64,000 nt of DNA from Tubulanus polymorphus. Its lineage: Eukaryota > Animalia > Nemertea. Numbering within the stretch: position 1 is the first letter of the stretch; the number at the start of each line of letters is the position of its first letter. Both the position numbers and the translations under genes were made by a program. The stretch covers positions 23,678,950 to 23,742,949 of the forward strand of contig NC_134029.1 in NCBI RefSeq assembly GCF_964204645.1, given 5' to 3'. The notes beneath the pieces were generated by a model, which saw only the letters and a program-made list of their open reading frames with translations, did not search any database and was not told the DNA's origin. Shown here one piece after another: positions 12,963 through 24,033 of this stretch.

Positions 12963-15900
12963 TTAGTAGAATTCCTGATCTTTAAGTAGTAGTTTCATAT
13001 ACGCGGTATCAGCGTCGGCGTGGCTATCCTTCACCGCTGAATGTAGCATACTATCCGGCAACGGGCGCCAATTCCGTCCGAGGCTTTTCGAAATCTATAA
13101 AGAGAAATCAGTTCAGATTGGATCGTTTTAGATACACCTATTTTATATCAAGGGATCATTCATTTATTATGTACGCATAAAATTTGAATTTTTCAACCCC
13201 CCTCTCCCCCTCTGTACGCAAAATCGGCCATTTTTTCATATACATTGAGCATAACAGTACGCAATTGCACTGACCCTTCCCCTAATGCGTACGTAATAAA
13301 TGAATGACCCCCAAGGTGCAAGGCCATATTTCAGCTTGATCGAGGCTTTGTGCTTTGATCAAAATGACCACCTGTAATATGATATAGGTGTTTCTTTTAA
13401 AGCATAACGTAATGAACTGGGTCCAGTTCCACAGTTCTGAGTTAAGATTTGACCCTGGGTTAAAACATTGAAAATGAACTAACTTTAACTCAGAGTTAAC
13501 TCTAACTCACAACTGTGGAACTGGATCCAGAGTTTCTGAGACAGGTTCTATAGTAATGAGTTCTGAGCCAGTTCATTCTCAGATAGCACAAGATTTTTCT
13601 AAGGATAACTCACAACTGATGGACTGGATCTGGCTCAATCCATTTAGAGTTAAAACCTAACTCACATTACTGAGATCATTTAGGTCGTATTACCTCGTCA
13701 CGAGCTTGTTGACTAATCTGTCCAACTTGAACCCAAACATCGCTGTCTTCCTGTTCGATCATCGTAGAAATACAACTCTCCGCTAGTTCAAACGTAGACA
13801 ACTTCGGGCCACGTAACCTGGCGATGGCGACTAAATCATCTTCGGCGAAATCGTATCCTAAAATCAGAGAAAATATTCGATAAATCAAACCAGAATATGG
13901 CAGCTTTAATCCAGCTGGGCTGCTTGAGTGTTTAACCCTTTAACTTTAACTTGCTGACAGTTTCATACCCTAAAATACTGGGGCCGGTTGTATAGTCATG
14001 GCTTAGACTTAAGACCAGTTTAAGACCAACTTAGTTCTATAGCCAATCTAACAGCTTAAGACCAGTCTTAAGATTTAAGACCACCTTTAGACTGAAGTCA
14101 CGACTGCGCAATTGGGCCCCGGTGATAATTCAAATCATAATATCTTTGAAAATTTCACCCACTGTATATTGCCTATACGACACAGTGCGATGTATGATGG
14201 GCAGTACAGTAATATTTACAATGTTTAACAGCTGCTGCCATCTTTCATCAGAGATTTTAACTAATTAATGACATGGATACACTGCATCGTATGGTAGGAT
14301 ACATGTGGTACACTGTGGCCGGGTATATACATCTCACAGCAGGCGGATGGTACGCGCACTGAATTTTTTCAAAATCAAAACTTACCAATCATAGTTAACT
14401 TAGTCAAGAGCGGACACTTCCAGGCCAACATTACGAACGGATCTTCATCGGCGTTCGTCTCGTAAACGTTTGCTCGACCTTTAACGAATCCGTCGATTAC
14501 GTGTAACGTTTCAAACGTTGAACTGTTGTGTTGAGCGATGAAATCGATCGCCGGTATGTTAATCTCCGAACAGAACAACATACGTAGATGAGCTAGAGGC
14601 ATACTCGGCTGTAGAATATCGAGTAGATGATGAACTCCGTCGATCGAATGAATCAGATTCAGAGTCACGCGTAATTTCGGCGAATAACGAACCGATCGCC
14701 ACCAGGTGCGATTCGAGATCTTATTACGCGTCGGCGTAGGTTGAATTCCGTGTACGTTAACGATCAGTTTCTCGAGTCCGACGTGGTGATCCCGCATGAA
14801 CGCTTCCAGCAGTTCGTTAGTGAGGTAGTCGTAATCGATGCTCAAATATTTTAAATTCGCCAACGCTTGAAAATGTCCGTAATCGAGGTCGCAAAGGCTA
14901 TACGAATCGGGGTCTTCTTTGATGCTTGCGATGTGTAGAGACTGTAGTGAATGCGATTGATATTCTGCCAGTAAGTCGAGCACGTAATCGCTGTAACTTA
15001 CGATCTCTTCTAAACAACCGAACGATACATGCTTCAATCTACGCGAATTCTTTATTATGTTCTCAATTGATCCATGAAATCTGAAATAGAAGATTTATGA
15101 TCATTATTTTAACCTGTTTTAGGGAAGCCTTCCTTAACAGGTTACACATGAATCACCCACCCGGCGTTTCGCGATTGAAAATTATATTATTGACACTAAC
15201 TTAAGGTTCTCAGTGAAGGATGTAATTGCTAAGGCAATTTCATGGATAGCTATTAGATTACCTGGTCTAAAATAAAATGTAATTTTTGACAATAAATGAT
15301 ATCATGGCTTAGTGTGCAACCACCTGTGCACCCCATAGGTTTAGTGGTTCGCGTCATGGTAGAGTCTGATGATGTTATAAGACCCAATTCCCTGCTGAGG
15401 GAAGAGATTTCAGGGTCAGTGAAGATGCAACTGTTTTTTGTAAGAAGGTAAGCTACCAGAAATCAAAGACTTAAAATGTCTAATTAGTCAGTAAATGGAA
15501 CCAAGCCCAAGCCAGAAGACTGAGTTCACTCAATGCAGTAACGATGTATTTGACAGCTCAAAGCCACGTGTACATGCCACGTGACCAAAACAATTGTCAC
15601 GTGCCCACAATAAAAATCATGTGATCAAAATAAACAGCGGCGCTACTTTTGCTCGACATAGAAACAACTCCGTATTACGTGACTGAAACAGCATTTTAAA
15701 ACTCGGAAAATTATTCTTAAAATTGTTTTAGTGATAATTAGTTTTCTTTAATTCAAAAAGTCGGTTAAAATGAGCTCTAAATTCAAATGCGCAGAAAACA
15801 GATTTTTGACGTTTCGACCGAATAACGCAAGAAAATAGTTCAAGTACTTACGTTTCGAGGACGTTTTGCGTGTTTCTTTCGGGCCATTCGATGTGACAAT

Positions 15901-16243
15901 TCGACGGTTTTAACGAAAGCTTCAGTAGGTTTCTATTCTCGGCGAGAATTCCCAGTAATTGCGCGCATTCTTTGACGTCCCACGATGTTTTCGAGCTGAA
16001 ATCGATGTTCGCCTCGCGGATGAATCGACCACAGTTTTCCGCGAGATGTTTACTTCTACTTCTCGAAGAACCGTCTCTGCTCAGTTTAAACGTAATTCTG
16101 GGCCAGAGTAACGGGTGCCACAGACAGTCTCTCCATCTTTTACAACTAGAAACAGCGCTCAGTCTATCTTTCAATGTCAAATAAGACAGTATTTCGACGA
16201 TAATTATGCTCGGTAATGATGCCCATGAAGTGTCAGCCGCCAT
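12963..16243 (-). CDS. FBXO33: F-box only protein 33, 4 exons: 16243-15852, 15080-14386, 13857-13694, 13094-12963
   Basis: F-box WASLPSIIIVEILSYL...SSCKRWRDCLWHP; ENRNLLKLSL, ILQPSMPL, EDPFVMLAWKC and LVAIARLRG match FBXO33 motifs as recalled (NNRNLQKFSL, ILKPSIPL, EDPLVLLAWRC, IAIARLRG); frame consistent across GT-AG junctions. Confidence 0.88.
13152..13311. mobile_element. Tourist-like MITE, copy 1
   Basis: TIR GGGATCATTCATTTATTAYGTACGCA; highly similar inverted copy at 53216-53380. Confidence 0.85.
13417..13530. mobile_element. Harbinger-like MITE (GGATCCAGTTCCACAGTT family)
   Basis: TIR GGRTCCAGTTCCACAGTT / AACTGTGGAACTGGATCC; related pieces at ~13540-13630, 29175-29270, 36965-37617, 42520-42700, 57925-58010. 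Confidence 0.75.
13980..14120. mobile_element. Harbinger-like MITE (GGGCC...CTTAAGACC family)
   Basis: GGGCC termini with internal TTAAGACC repeats; further copies at 30569-30700, ~33090-33210, ~45428-45603, ~46926-47003, ~48895-48980. Confidence 0.8.
15565..15624. promoter_or_regulatory. Cluster of E-boxes in FBXO33 intron 1
   Basis: CACGTG at 15565, 15578, 15598 and TCATGTGA at 15617 within 60 bp; function inferred only. Confidence 0.45.
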
Positions 16244-16727
16244 GTTTACAAATGTTCTGAAGATCTCGTCACTGCCACGTGACATATAGAGGGCGTTCGA
16301 TTTATTTCTAAAATGCTAAACTTTTTTTTCGATTTCTGCATACTCTTCATATACTTGTAAATATTCCGTTGCAATTATTTTTCTTATGAAGACTTCTATC
16401 TTGAATTCTAAATTAGCAATAAAATGAAAGTCAAGTGCGTTCGATTGTCCACACCACCAGCGCCTTTAACGATCTTAATTTGATCAAATCGAATTACATC
16501 TATATTTATAATTAAGAGATTGCTTTTTGATGACAGAAAATATCAATTATTTAATTAGAAGTAATTAGTAAATCGAACGCGCTGGAGGTGTGTCATCACG
16601 TGGCGTTCTAGCCGCGATTTGATTGGTCGATTCTGAGCCCAACCTTCACACTGACACAGTACAAGGTTGAAAGTCGTTGACACTGAAATCATCTCTCTCT
16701 CTAGACACCGCCAAATCTTCATCAAAA

Positions 16728-19721
16728 ATGGCCAGTAACAACGGCAAACAACAAGGAGGGTTTGACACCGATTGCATGACATTGACCAGATATGTCCTTG
16801 CCGAACAGAGAAAGTTTCCTCACGCCACTGGTGACCTGACACAACTGTTGAACGCAATAATGACTGCTGTCAAATCAGTTTCTTCAGCTGTGCGAAAAGC
16901 TGGTATTGCAGCTCTGTAAGTATAGGTTTATATTTGAAGAAGGGGACATCTTAAATGCACACACTTTACAGAATCAAAATCGGTCAAACGGTCCAAAAGT
17001 TATGGTAGAAATTTAATTTTTGGGTACCGCTTCGGTTGTAAAGTAGGCTAACCGCTAAGCATTGGATTAGTGTGTAAAAGTGCAGATCTGCACCTCTCAG
17101 TCTCCGCACACCTCTTAAATATCATTGTTTCAGATTCAAAATGTCATCAGCAATTCAGTACATTGCCATTGGTTAATTTTAAGTTTTCTTCACTAGAAAG
17201 ATTTTAGCCTGGATTCTGTCATTCAGCTGATTGCATCAATCAAGAGAGGTGCGGATCTGCACTTTCACCCATCTACATGAACTTGTATCTGTGTAAATTG
17301 TAGGCCTATTCACTTTCAAGAATCAAGCTCTGTTTTATCTGTGGTTTAATGTTTTTAACAGATTCGGTATCTCTGGAGACACAAATGTTCAAGGTGAGGA
17401 AGTGAAGAAATTAGACGTACTCGCTAATGACTTGTTTATAAACATGTTGAAAGCGTCGTTTACCGTGTGTCTGATGGTCTCCGAGGAGAATGAAACTATA
17501 ATCGAAGTTGAAACTGAACGCCAGGTAGGCGATGGAGATAATAGTCATAAGGTATGTATAAACTTGGGCTACAACACAATTATGATGAATACCGGAATTC
17601 CCGATCAAATGATAATAAATAAAGTCCTCGAAAGTATTTCACATTGTATCTTGGATAACACAACTTAAAATACTATCGAAGTAAAGAAATGATAGGATTG
17701 TTAAAATTGTAGAATATTTCTGTTGAGCGCAGGCTGATTTTATAAAATATGACTGATTATAGCCCAGGTGATGTACATATATAAATCTGTTGTACTGGAT
17801 GTGTATTTATTTCTAAAGCTTTTTGATTTATATTCATGGTCAAATCATTTTAACCTTTTTACTCCTCAAATATTCATGAGCTTTATATTGTTCAGCTTGT
17901 TCCTTTTTGCACTTCTAATTTAACAGATTGATTGCCTAATAGCTTTCATTTTAAAGTAGCTATAATTTGCTTATTCATCAACCAAGAATTGTACATTTGT
18001 AATAAAGAACTTCTTTCTAACAAATGAATTTAGTGAGGTTTTGAGTTAAGATGCATCTCACGTATAGATTTCATGTTGATGTCTTATTTTTTTATTGTGT
18101 CCATAAAAGCTTCAGAATTTGAATAGTTAAAGAACAGTTAAATGAAAGAGTGTGATTAGTTTGCAGTGTAACAGATTGATCAAGATAGAATAAACAGCAT
18201 GTTGTATTTCCCAAACCTTAAATTAATCCGCATGCAATATGTATTTTATAGTAAAGCAATATGTTGTTCATTAGTTAGTTTACTACATAGGTCTGATTTC
18301 ATAAAAATTTACCACAGAATAACTGACATATAATTGTATGCTTGAATTATTTTCAGGGTAAATATATTGTTTGCTTCGATCCATTAGATGGATCATCAAA
18401 CATTGATTGTCTCGTGTCTATTGGAAGTATCTTCGCCATCTACAGAAAGGTATGAATTGGAGTTGATTCACGTGTTCATTGAAAAACATCTCAGATGTAA
18501 TAGAGTAAGCCTTCGGTTCTGGGCAAAACGTTTTACTGTCCTTACAGATAACAATTTCGTTTTTCAGAACACAGACGGGCCGCCAGGTCTGAACGATGCT
18601 TTACAACCAGGTAAAAATATCGTCGCTGCTGGTTACGCTCTTTATGGTAGTGCAACAATGCTCGTCTTGTCAACTGGTAACGGAGTCAACGGATTTATGT
18701 TAGATCCTGTAAGTTGATATTGAAACTAATCCAGAAAAAAATGACTTTCTGACCATTTAGGTGTTTCCCAAATTCCTGCGCATGTTACGTCATTTTGCTG
18801 TGTATTTTCAGTCAATCGGAGAATTCATTCTAACAAATAACGACATGCAGGTGAAACCTAGAGGTAAAATATACTCACTGAATGAAGGTTATGCAGCTAC
18901 GTGGGATCCAGCTGTGAAAGAATACGTTAAATCAAAGAAAGAACCGAAGGTATTTTCAATATGATAAATGAATGGAAATGTTGAATTTGATAAGAAGTTG
19001 TAGTAGACAGTGTTCCCTTCAATACTTTCCCTGTAAAAACATACACAGCCAATGCTGGGTTGACCGCGGAATAAATGCCAGAAATAACAACTTTGAGACC
19101 GTGTATACATCCTGTAGTCAATGGGAGATACACCATCTAAATTAACCGCTAAAAAGCTAAGTAGGGATGGTGGGAGCGACTATAAACGTTTTTACAGGTA
19201 TTTCGGGAATACAAATTTTAGCACTAACATTTGAATATGTTTAATGAATTATTTTAACAGACTGGTAAACCGTACGGTGCTCGATATATCGGTTCTATGG
19301 TCGCAGACGTACACAGAACATTAATGTATGGCGGTATCTTCATGTACCCTCCAACTAAAGATGCCCCGAAAGGAAAGGTTAGTTTTCAAAACAAGTTCTT
19401 ATATCTAGTAAATTTCCTTTTGCATAAATACAGTTGACTCATGCGAATCGTAGACTCTGTCTTTAACCAACTTTTGTGCAAATGGCCCCTGAACTGTTCC
19501 CCGAGACTGATATCATTTTGTTTTCTATTCAGCTGCGTTTGATGTACGAGTGTAACCCGATGGCGTATATAATGGAACAAGCTGGTGGCTGCGCGACGAC
19601 CGGACATAAACGAATCCTCGACGTCATCCCTGAATCTATTCATCAACGAGTTCCGATCTTCTTAGGATCGAAGGACGACGTTGAAGATGTGAAACAATTA
19701 TACGAGAAACACAATGTTTAA
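16728..19721 (+). CDS. FBP1: Fructose-1,6-bisphosphatase class 1, 7 exons
   Basis: [108 protein letters not shown]. Confidence 0.98.
17075..17268. mobile_element. MITE in FBP1 intron 1
   Basis: ~25-bp TIR GTRAAAGTGCAGATCYGCACCTCTC at both ends. Confidence 0.65.
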
Positions 19722-20237
19722 AATAGCTGTTGATACGAAATGCAACAAACTGTTTCGGGTGATTGTGCTTCAGAAACTACTCTCTCGTGGATCCAGGGAA
19801 AACCTTACTTTTCAAAAATGAAACAGATTAAGCTTCACTTAAAAACGAGTGGAACTAAATAATTACGCAGGAATGATGCATTATTTTTGTAAACTAATAA
19901 ATTATTAGTCAGCTTTTTTCTATGAAATAGAGTCGAGTAATAGCTGTAAAATAGAACAACTGTTGGCAAAGTAATTTCAAAAGTAGTCAAACATTGTATC
20001 AATATTTATGACAAACGAACGCCATAACGTTTAAGTAATTCTATTTTGGTGCAATTTATGTTTTTTTTTGTCATTGGTTCTAAAATCTTTCTTATCATTG
20101 AATCTTAAGAAATATAAACAGAATTTATCTATATATTTCTCTACTTCCAATTGTTTTTGTGGACGATAAGGACTTGAGACATAAAACTATGATATATTTG
20201 AATAACAGAATTAATTTATTTAATAAGAATACAGATG

Positions 20238-21934
20238 TCAGCTAGATTTGATATTTTCACAATGGTTTGTCGTCGATTGTCCGCTTTCAGATTTCGATAT
20301 TATTTGAAACGGTTTTTGGTATTTACTCTGCACAAAGATTCTCTCAACGCTGAGCCCTTCTTTTTTATTTACAGTCTCCCTGTGTATATAATCACTGCTT
20401 AATGTTGTAAATCCGGTTCCTTCGAACAAACTGTCCAATTGTTCTAAAATATTGAAATCATATTGAAAATACAACGCTTCAAGGATATTGAAGGTTTAAT
20501 CGTGAGAAAATGTATCATACCAATAGAGAAATAGTAAGCTCTCGTTCCATCCTGGCGAACGTAGAAATTCTCTCCGAGTTTGTGACCGGGACCAAACCTC
20601 AGTTGAGCGTGATCATATAAACCATAGTCTCTAAATAATACCATACCACCGGGCTTCAAAATCTTTAATTAAAATGGGTAAGAACGTATCAAAGAATTTC
20701 ATCTCGATTCGAACCCTCGGCAGGGATTGCGACCTGATAAGCCGAATCCCTGCTAAAGAAGGATGTTTCAATATTCCTCTTAGGAAGTGTAGGAACTACC
20801 TTGAACACATTTTCCAAAGCTGCCGTCATTTTATCTGGATGAATTGCTGACAAAACGAATATCATAGTGACAATATCGATATCACATTCCTGAATCACAT
20901 TGGATAGACTATCTTCAGTGATGTCACATTGGAAGGCGTGACATCTCGCTGGATCGTATAACGAATTATCCTGTAAATAATCGTTGACAGAAATGTACAA
21001 CAACTTCGAATAATTCATGATATAGAGCGCAAGAAAATATTTGAAGGAAAAGCTGTGTTAACCTGATGTGAAATCAATAAGATAGGTAATACAGATCTCA
21101 GTATTTCAAGGTTAATGAGCAAAAGCCTTCAACTTCATCATCATAGAAATGAAAATGAATGAATTTTCATTTTTCTGATGACAAGGTTTTGTTGAAACTG
21201 TCAGAATAAACTGTTACCAGCTGTCGGTTTTGCTCATTTACACAGGTAGTACAATGTGATTTTCTTAGAAATTACGAGCTTTTGCTACTACCAGGCTTTT
21301 TCTGATGACAAGGTTTTGTTAAAACTGTCAGAATAAACTGTTATATCAACAACTATCGGTTTTACTCATTTAGTTTTACTCGTATACTACGCAGGTAGTA
21401 TATTGTGATTTTCTTAGAAATAACGAGCTTTCACTACTAGTGTATAGTAACTTCAGATACTTGTAAAACAAATCTTACTTTTACAAACTGTACAGCTCTG
21501 GGTGAAAAATCACAAGCGTAGAAGAATAAACCGGTGTCTTCTGCGAGCAGCGGAAAGATGAAATTACCAACTCCGCATCCAACTTCTAAAATCTTATTCG
21601 TTTCTCCTTCGTTGTTCTATAAAACAAATAATAAACGCACAGAAATCAGAGTCAGTAGAGATTTGAACACAGGGAAAACATCTTCAAAATACGGCACCTT
21701 CTTCGTTGAGCAGAGTTCCATGAATTCTCGAGTTGTCCAGTGTCTATCTTTGAAGAATTTGGTCGTATTACGTTTATAGAATAAATCCCAGTTTTTCTGA
21801 GCTTCGACTTCGAATTTATTCTGTTTGAATTCAGAGACAAGTTTCGCATCTTTCAATTTCTTCTTTTCTTCATCAGTTAAAACCCGAGTCGATCGAGAAG
21901 ATTTTTGTGTCTGATTTTCACATTCACCATACAT
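20238..21934 (-). CDS. METTL6: tRNA N3-methylcytidine methyltransferase METTL6, 5 coding exons
   Basis: [104 protein letters not shown]. Confidence 0.95.
21171..21440. repeat. Two-copy tandem duplication (~127-140 bp unit) in a METTL6 intron
   Basis: TTTTCTGATGACAAGGTTTTGTTRAAACTGTCAGAATAAACTGTTA...GTGATTTTCTTAGAAAT.ACGAGCTTT occurs at 21171 and ~21298. Confidence 0.85.
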
Positions 21935-23371
21935 TATCTATAAATACAACCAGTAGGATCAGAGACTGATGACAATAGTGGGTGATTAAAACTGAGTAAC
22001 ACTGGAATTGTGTGTGTGTCTGTCGTGAGGTCGGTCTATAAGTACAAAGAGGGATTGCTTCTTTTATTTTATCAGCATCGGTAATGAAGGATCTTTGATG
22101 ATGGGCTCGTAAGAGCCTGTGGTACTCTACTCGAAAAAGTTTGGAGTGGATGGACGAGACAGTGTAGTATGTGTGGCTTTTTTGGAACTCATTTTCAAAA
22201 TAGATTTTCATTTGTTGAAGGCATCCAAGGAATCAACATTTTATCTGAATCTGTTCATCTTTTGACTGCAAGGAAATAGTTAGTATCTAAATTCGATTGA
22301 ACGGTAGTGCCATACTTTAATTATCTATAATTTCTCGAAACTCAGTCCTGAAATTAATTTCATCCGATAAACGGTCAACGACCTTTAGGAGGTGGGTTTT
22401 GTTGTTACCGGATTTTGAATATGGAGTTACGTCCGTTGCCGAAGGCCGGAATCATTTCTCGGTCCTCGATTGAATCCAAATCCTAGTTTTATACTCCGTT
22501 ACAGTTTTGATTCACGCTTCGACGAATCGGATTTAGTTGGTTTGAGATCCTGTCGTGAGTCAAGTGCAGTGTAGGGGTTGTTGTCAGTTCGAGATGTTGA
22601 CTTAGGTCGTATATTTTCTAATTAGTAAGTAATTAAGTAATCTAACTTTCTTAGGCTATCAGTGAAATCAAAACTGAATAGATAGCTAAATAAATTGAGT
22701 ACTTACTTCATTTCATTTTCATCCAGCAATGAATAAATCGGGATCAGTTCAGAGTTCTATGTCAGTAACCTGTCTGTGGTTTAGTTTCACGATCGGATAT
22801 TTTCAGCCCATCCGATTATAAAAAGCTTACCACCAACGATTAGGCAACTAACTAGGAGTTCCAGAGACAGGGTCACCTGTTGTTTCTTGTTTGTTAATTG
22901 ATTGTTGGCTGTCAAAATCGAATTTTATTTGTGAATTGAACCGGCTGGGTTGTTTGTGTTTAGATTCATAACTTTCAATAAGTGAAAATTTCTTTCAGAA
23001 CAACATTGGCAAAAACCAGTGCCATTGTAAAAACCAGTGTTAATCCAGTGTCTGTAGTACGTAGTAGGCCTAAATGAAATATAGACATTGGATTAGGCCC
23101 TATTGTTTTTACAGTACCTACTACAATACAACTCTGATAGAAGCCCCTAGTTTAGTCACAACATGAAATAGGCCACTATCTGTCAAATTTCCTCAAAAAG
23201 AACCCTGTTAGTTAGTGGTAAATCCACTGCGAGTCTACAGACCCTGTCTTGGCCTGTTTATCTGCTATAATCACGTATATTGTACTTTGCTTTTCAGGTC
23301 AAGTGTTTTACATAAAACCTTTCGATAATAAAGTGAATTTCTACGAACGCTGCCAATAATATAGATAAAAA

Positions 23372-24033
23372 AGTAAGTTCCTCAAAATAGAATACTTTCC
23401 GTTTTTCATGCATTTTATTAGAAATGTCTCGTAATTCGGTTTGTATTTATTTTAGTGTCAGACGGACACAAACACCACCACGGCATCAACGCTAAAGATC
23501 TAGCTTTAAAAGCGCAGAAAAAGATTCTCAGTAAAATGTCGACGCGTAAAGTAGCGAAAGTGTTCATCGACGACGCCGGCGGCAGAGTACTCGACAATAT
23601 TTACGGCATTTGTAAGGAATACGCCAACAAAAAAGAGGCGGAAAAAGTCGTCAAAAACACGATAAAATTAGTTGTTAAAATCGGAATACTTTACAGAAAC
23701 GAGAAATTCAGCGAAGCCGAATTAAGAATAGCGGCCGAATTCAGACAGAAATTTCACACGATCGTCATGACGGTTATGAGTTTCTACGATTTGGATTTTT
23801 CGCTCGACACGAACTTTCTGATTAAACACCTGAAAGACTGCCGTCGAATGCTGCATCAGATGATCGAACAGCATCTGACCGAGAAAACGCAGCATCGCGT
23901 CGATCACGTGTTTGATTTTTTTATGAACCCGGCTATGTTGACGGTTGTGTTCGATCGAGGTGGACCGTACCGACATTATTTAGATAACATCGTCGAAGAT
24001 TTGAATAAAATGGTGGACGATAACGCTGTATGA
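23372..24033 (+). CDS. TNFAIP8: TNF-alpha-induced protein 8 (TIPE family); start codon predicted split A(23372)|TG(23456-23457)
   Basis: NAKDLALKAQKKILSKM, FIDD, KKEAEKVVKNTIKLVVKIGILYRNEKF, HLTEKTQHRVDHVFDFF; acceptor TTTTAG at 23455 and donor GTAAGT at 23373. Confidence 0.93.

Noticed and set aside
12963-16243. FBXL3/FBXL21 circadian F-box assignment
   Set aside because: EDPFVMLAWKC, VAIARLRG and ENRNLLKLSL match FBXO33 better.
20478-20492. ATATCCTT (U12-type donor) on the minus strand in METTL6
   Set aside because: Lies inside a normal GT-AG intron whose boundaries already preserve frame.
21935-22372. Unpaired acceptor before the METTL6 ATG as a spliced-leader trans-splice site
   Set aside because: A plausible cis donor (AAA|GTATGG near 22315, minus strand) exists upstream.
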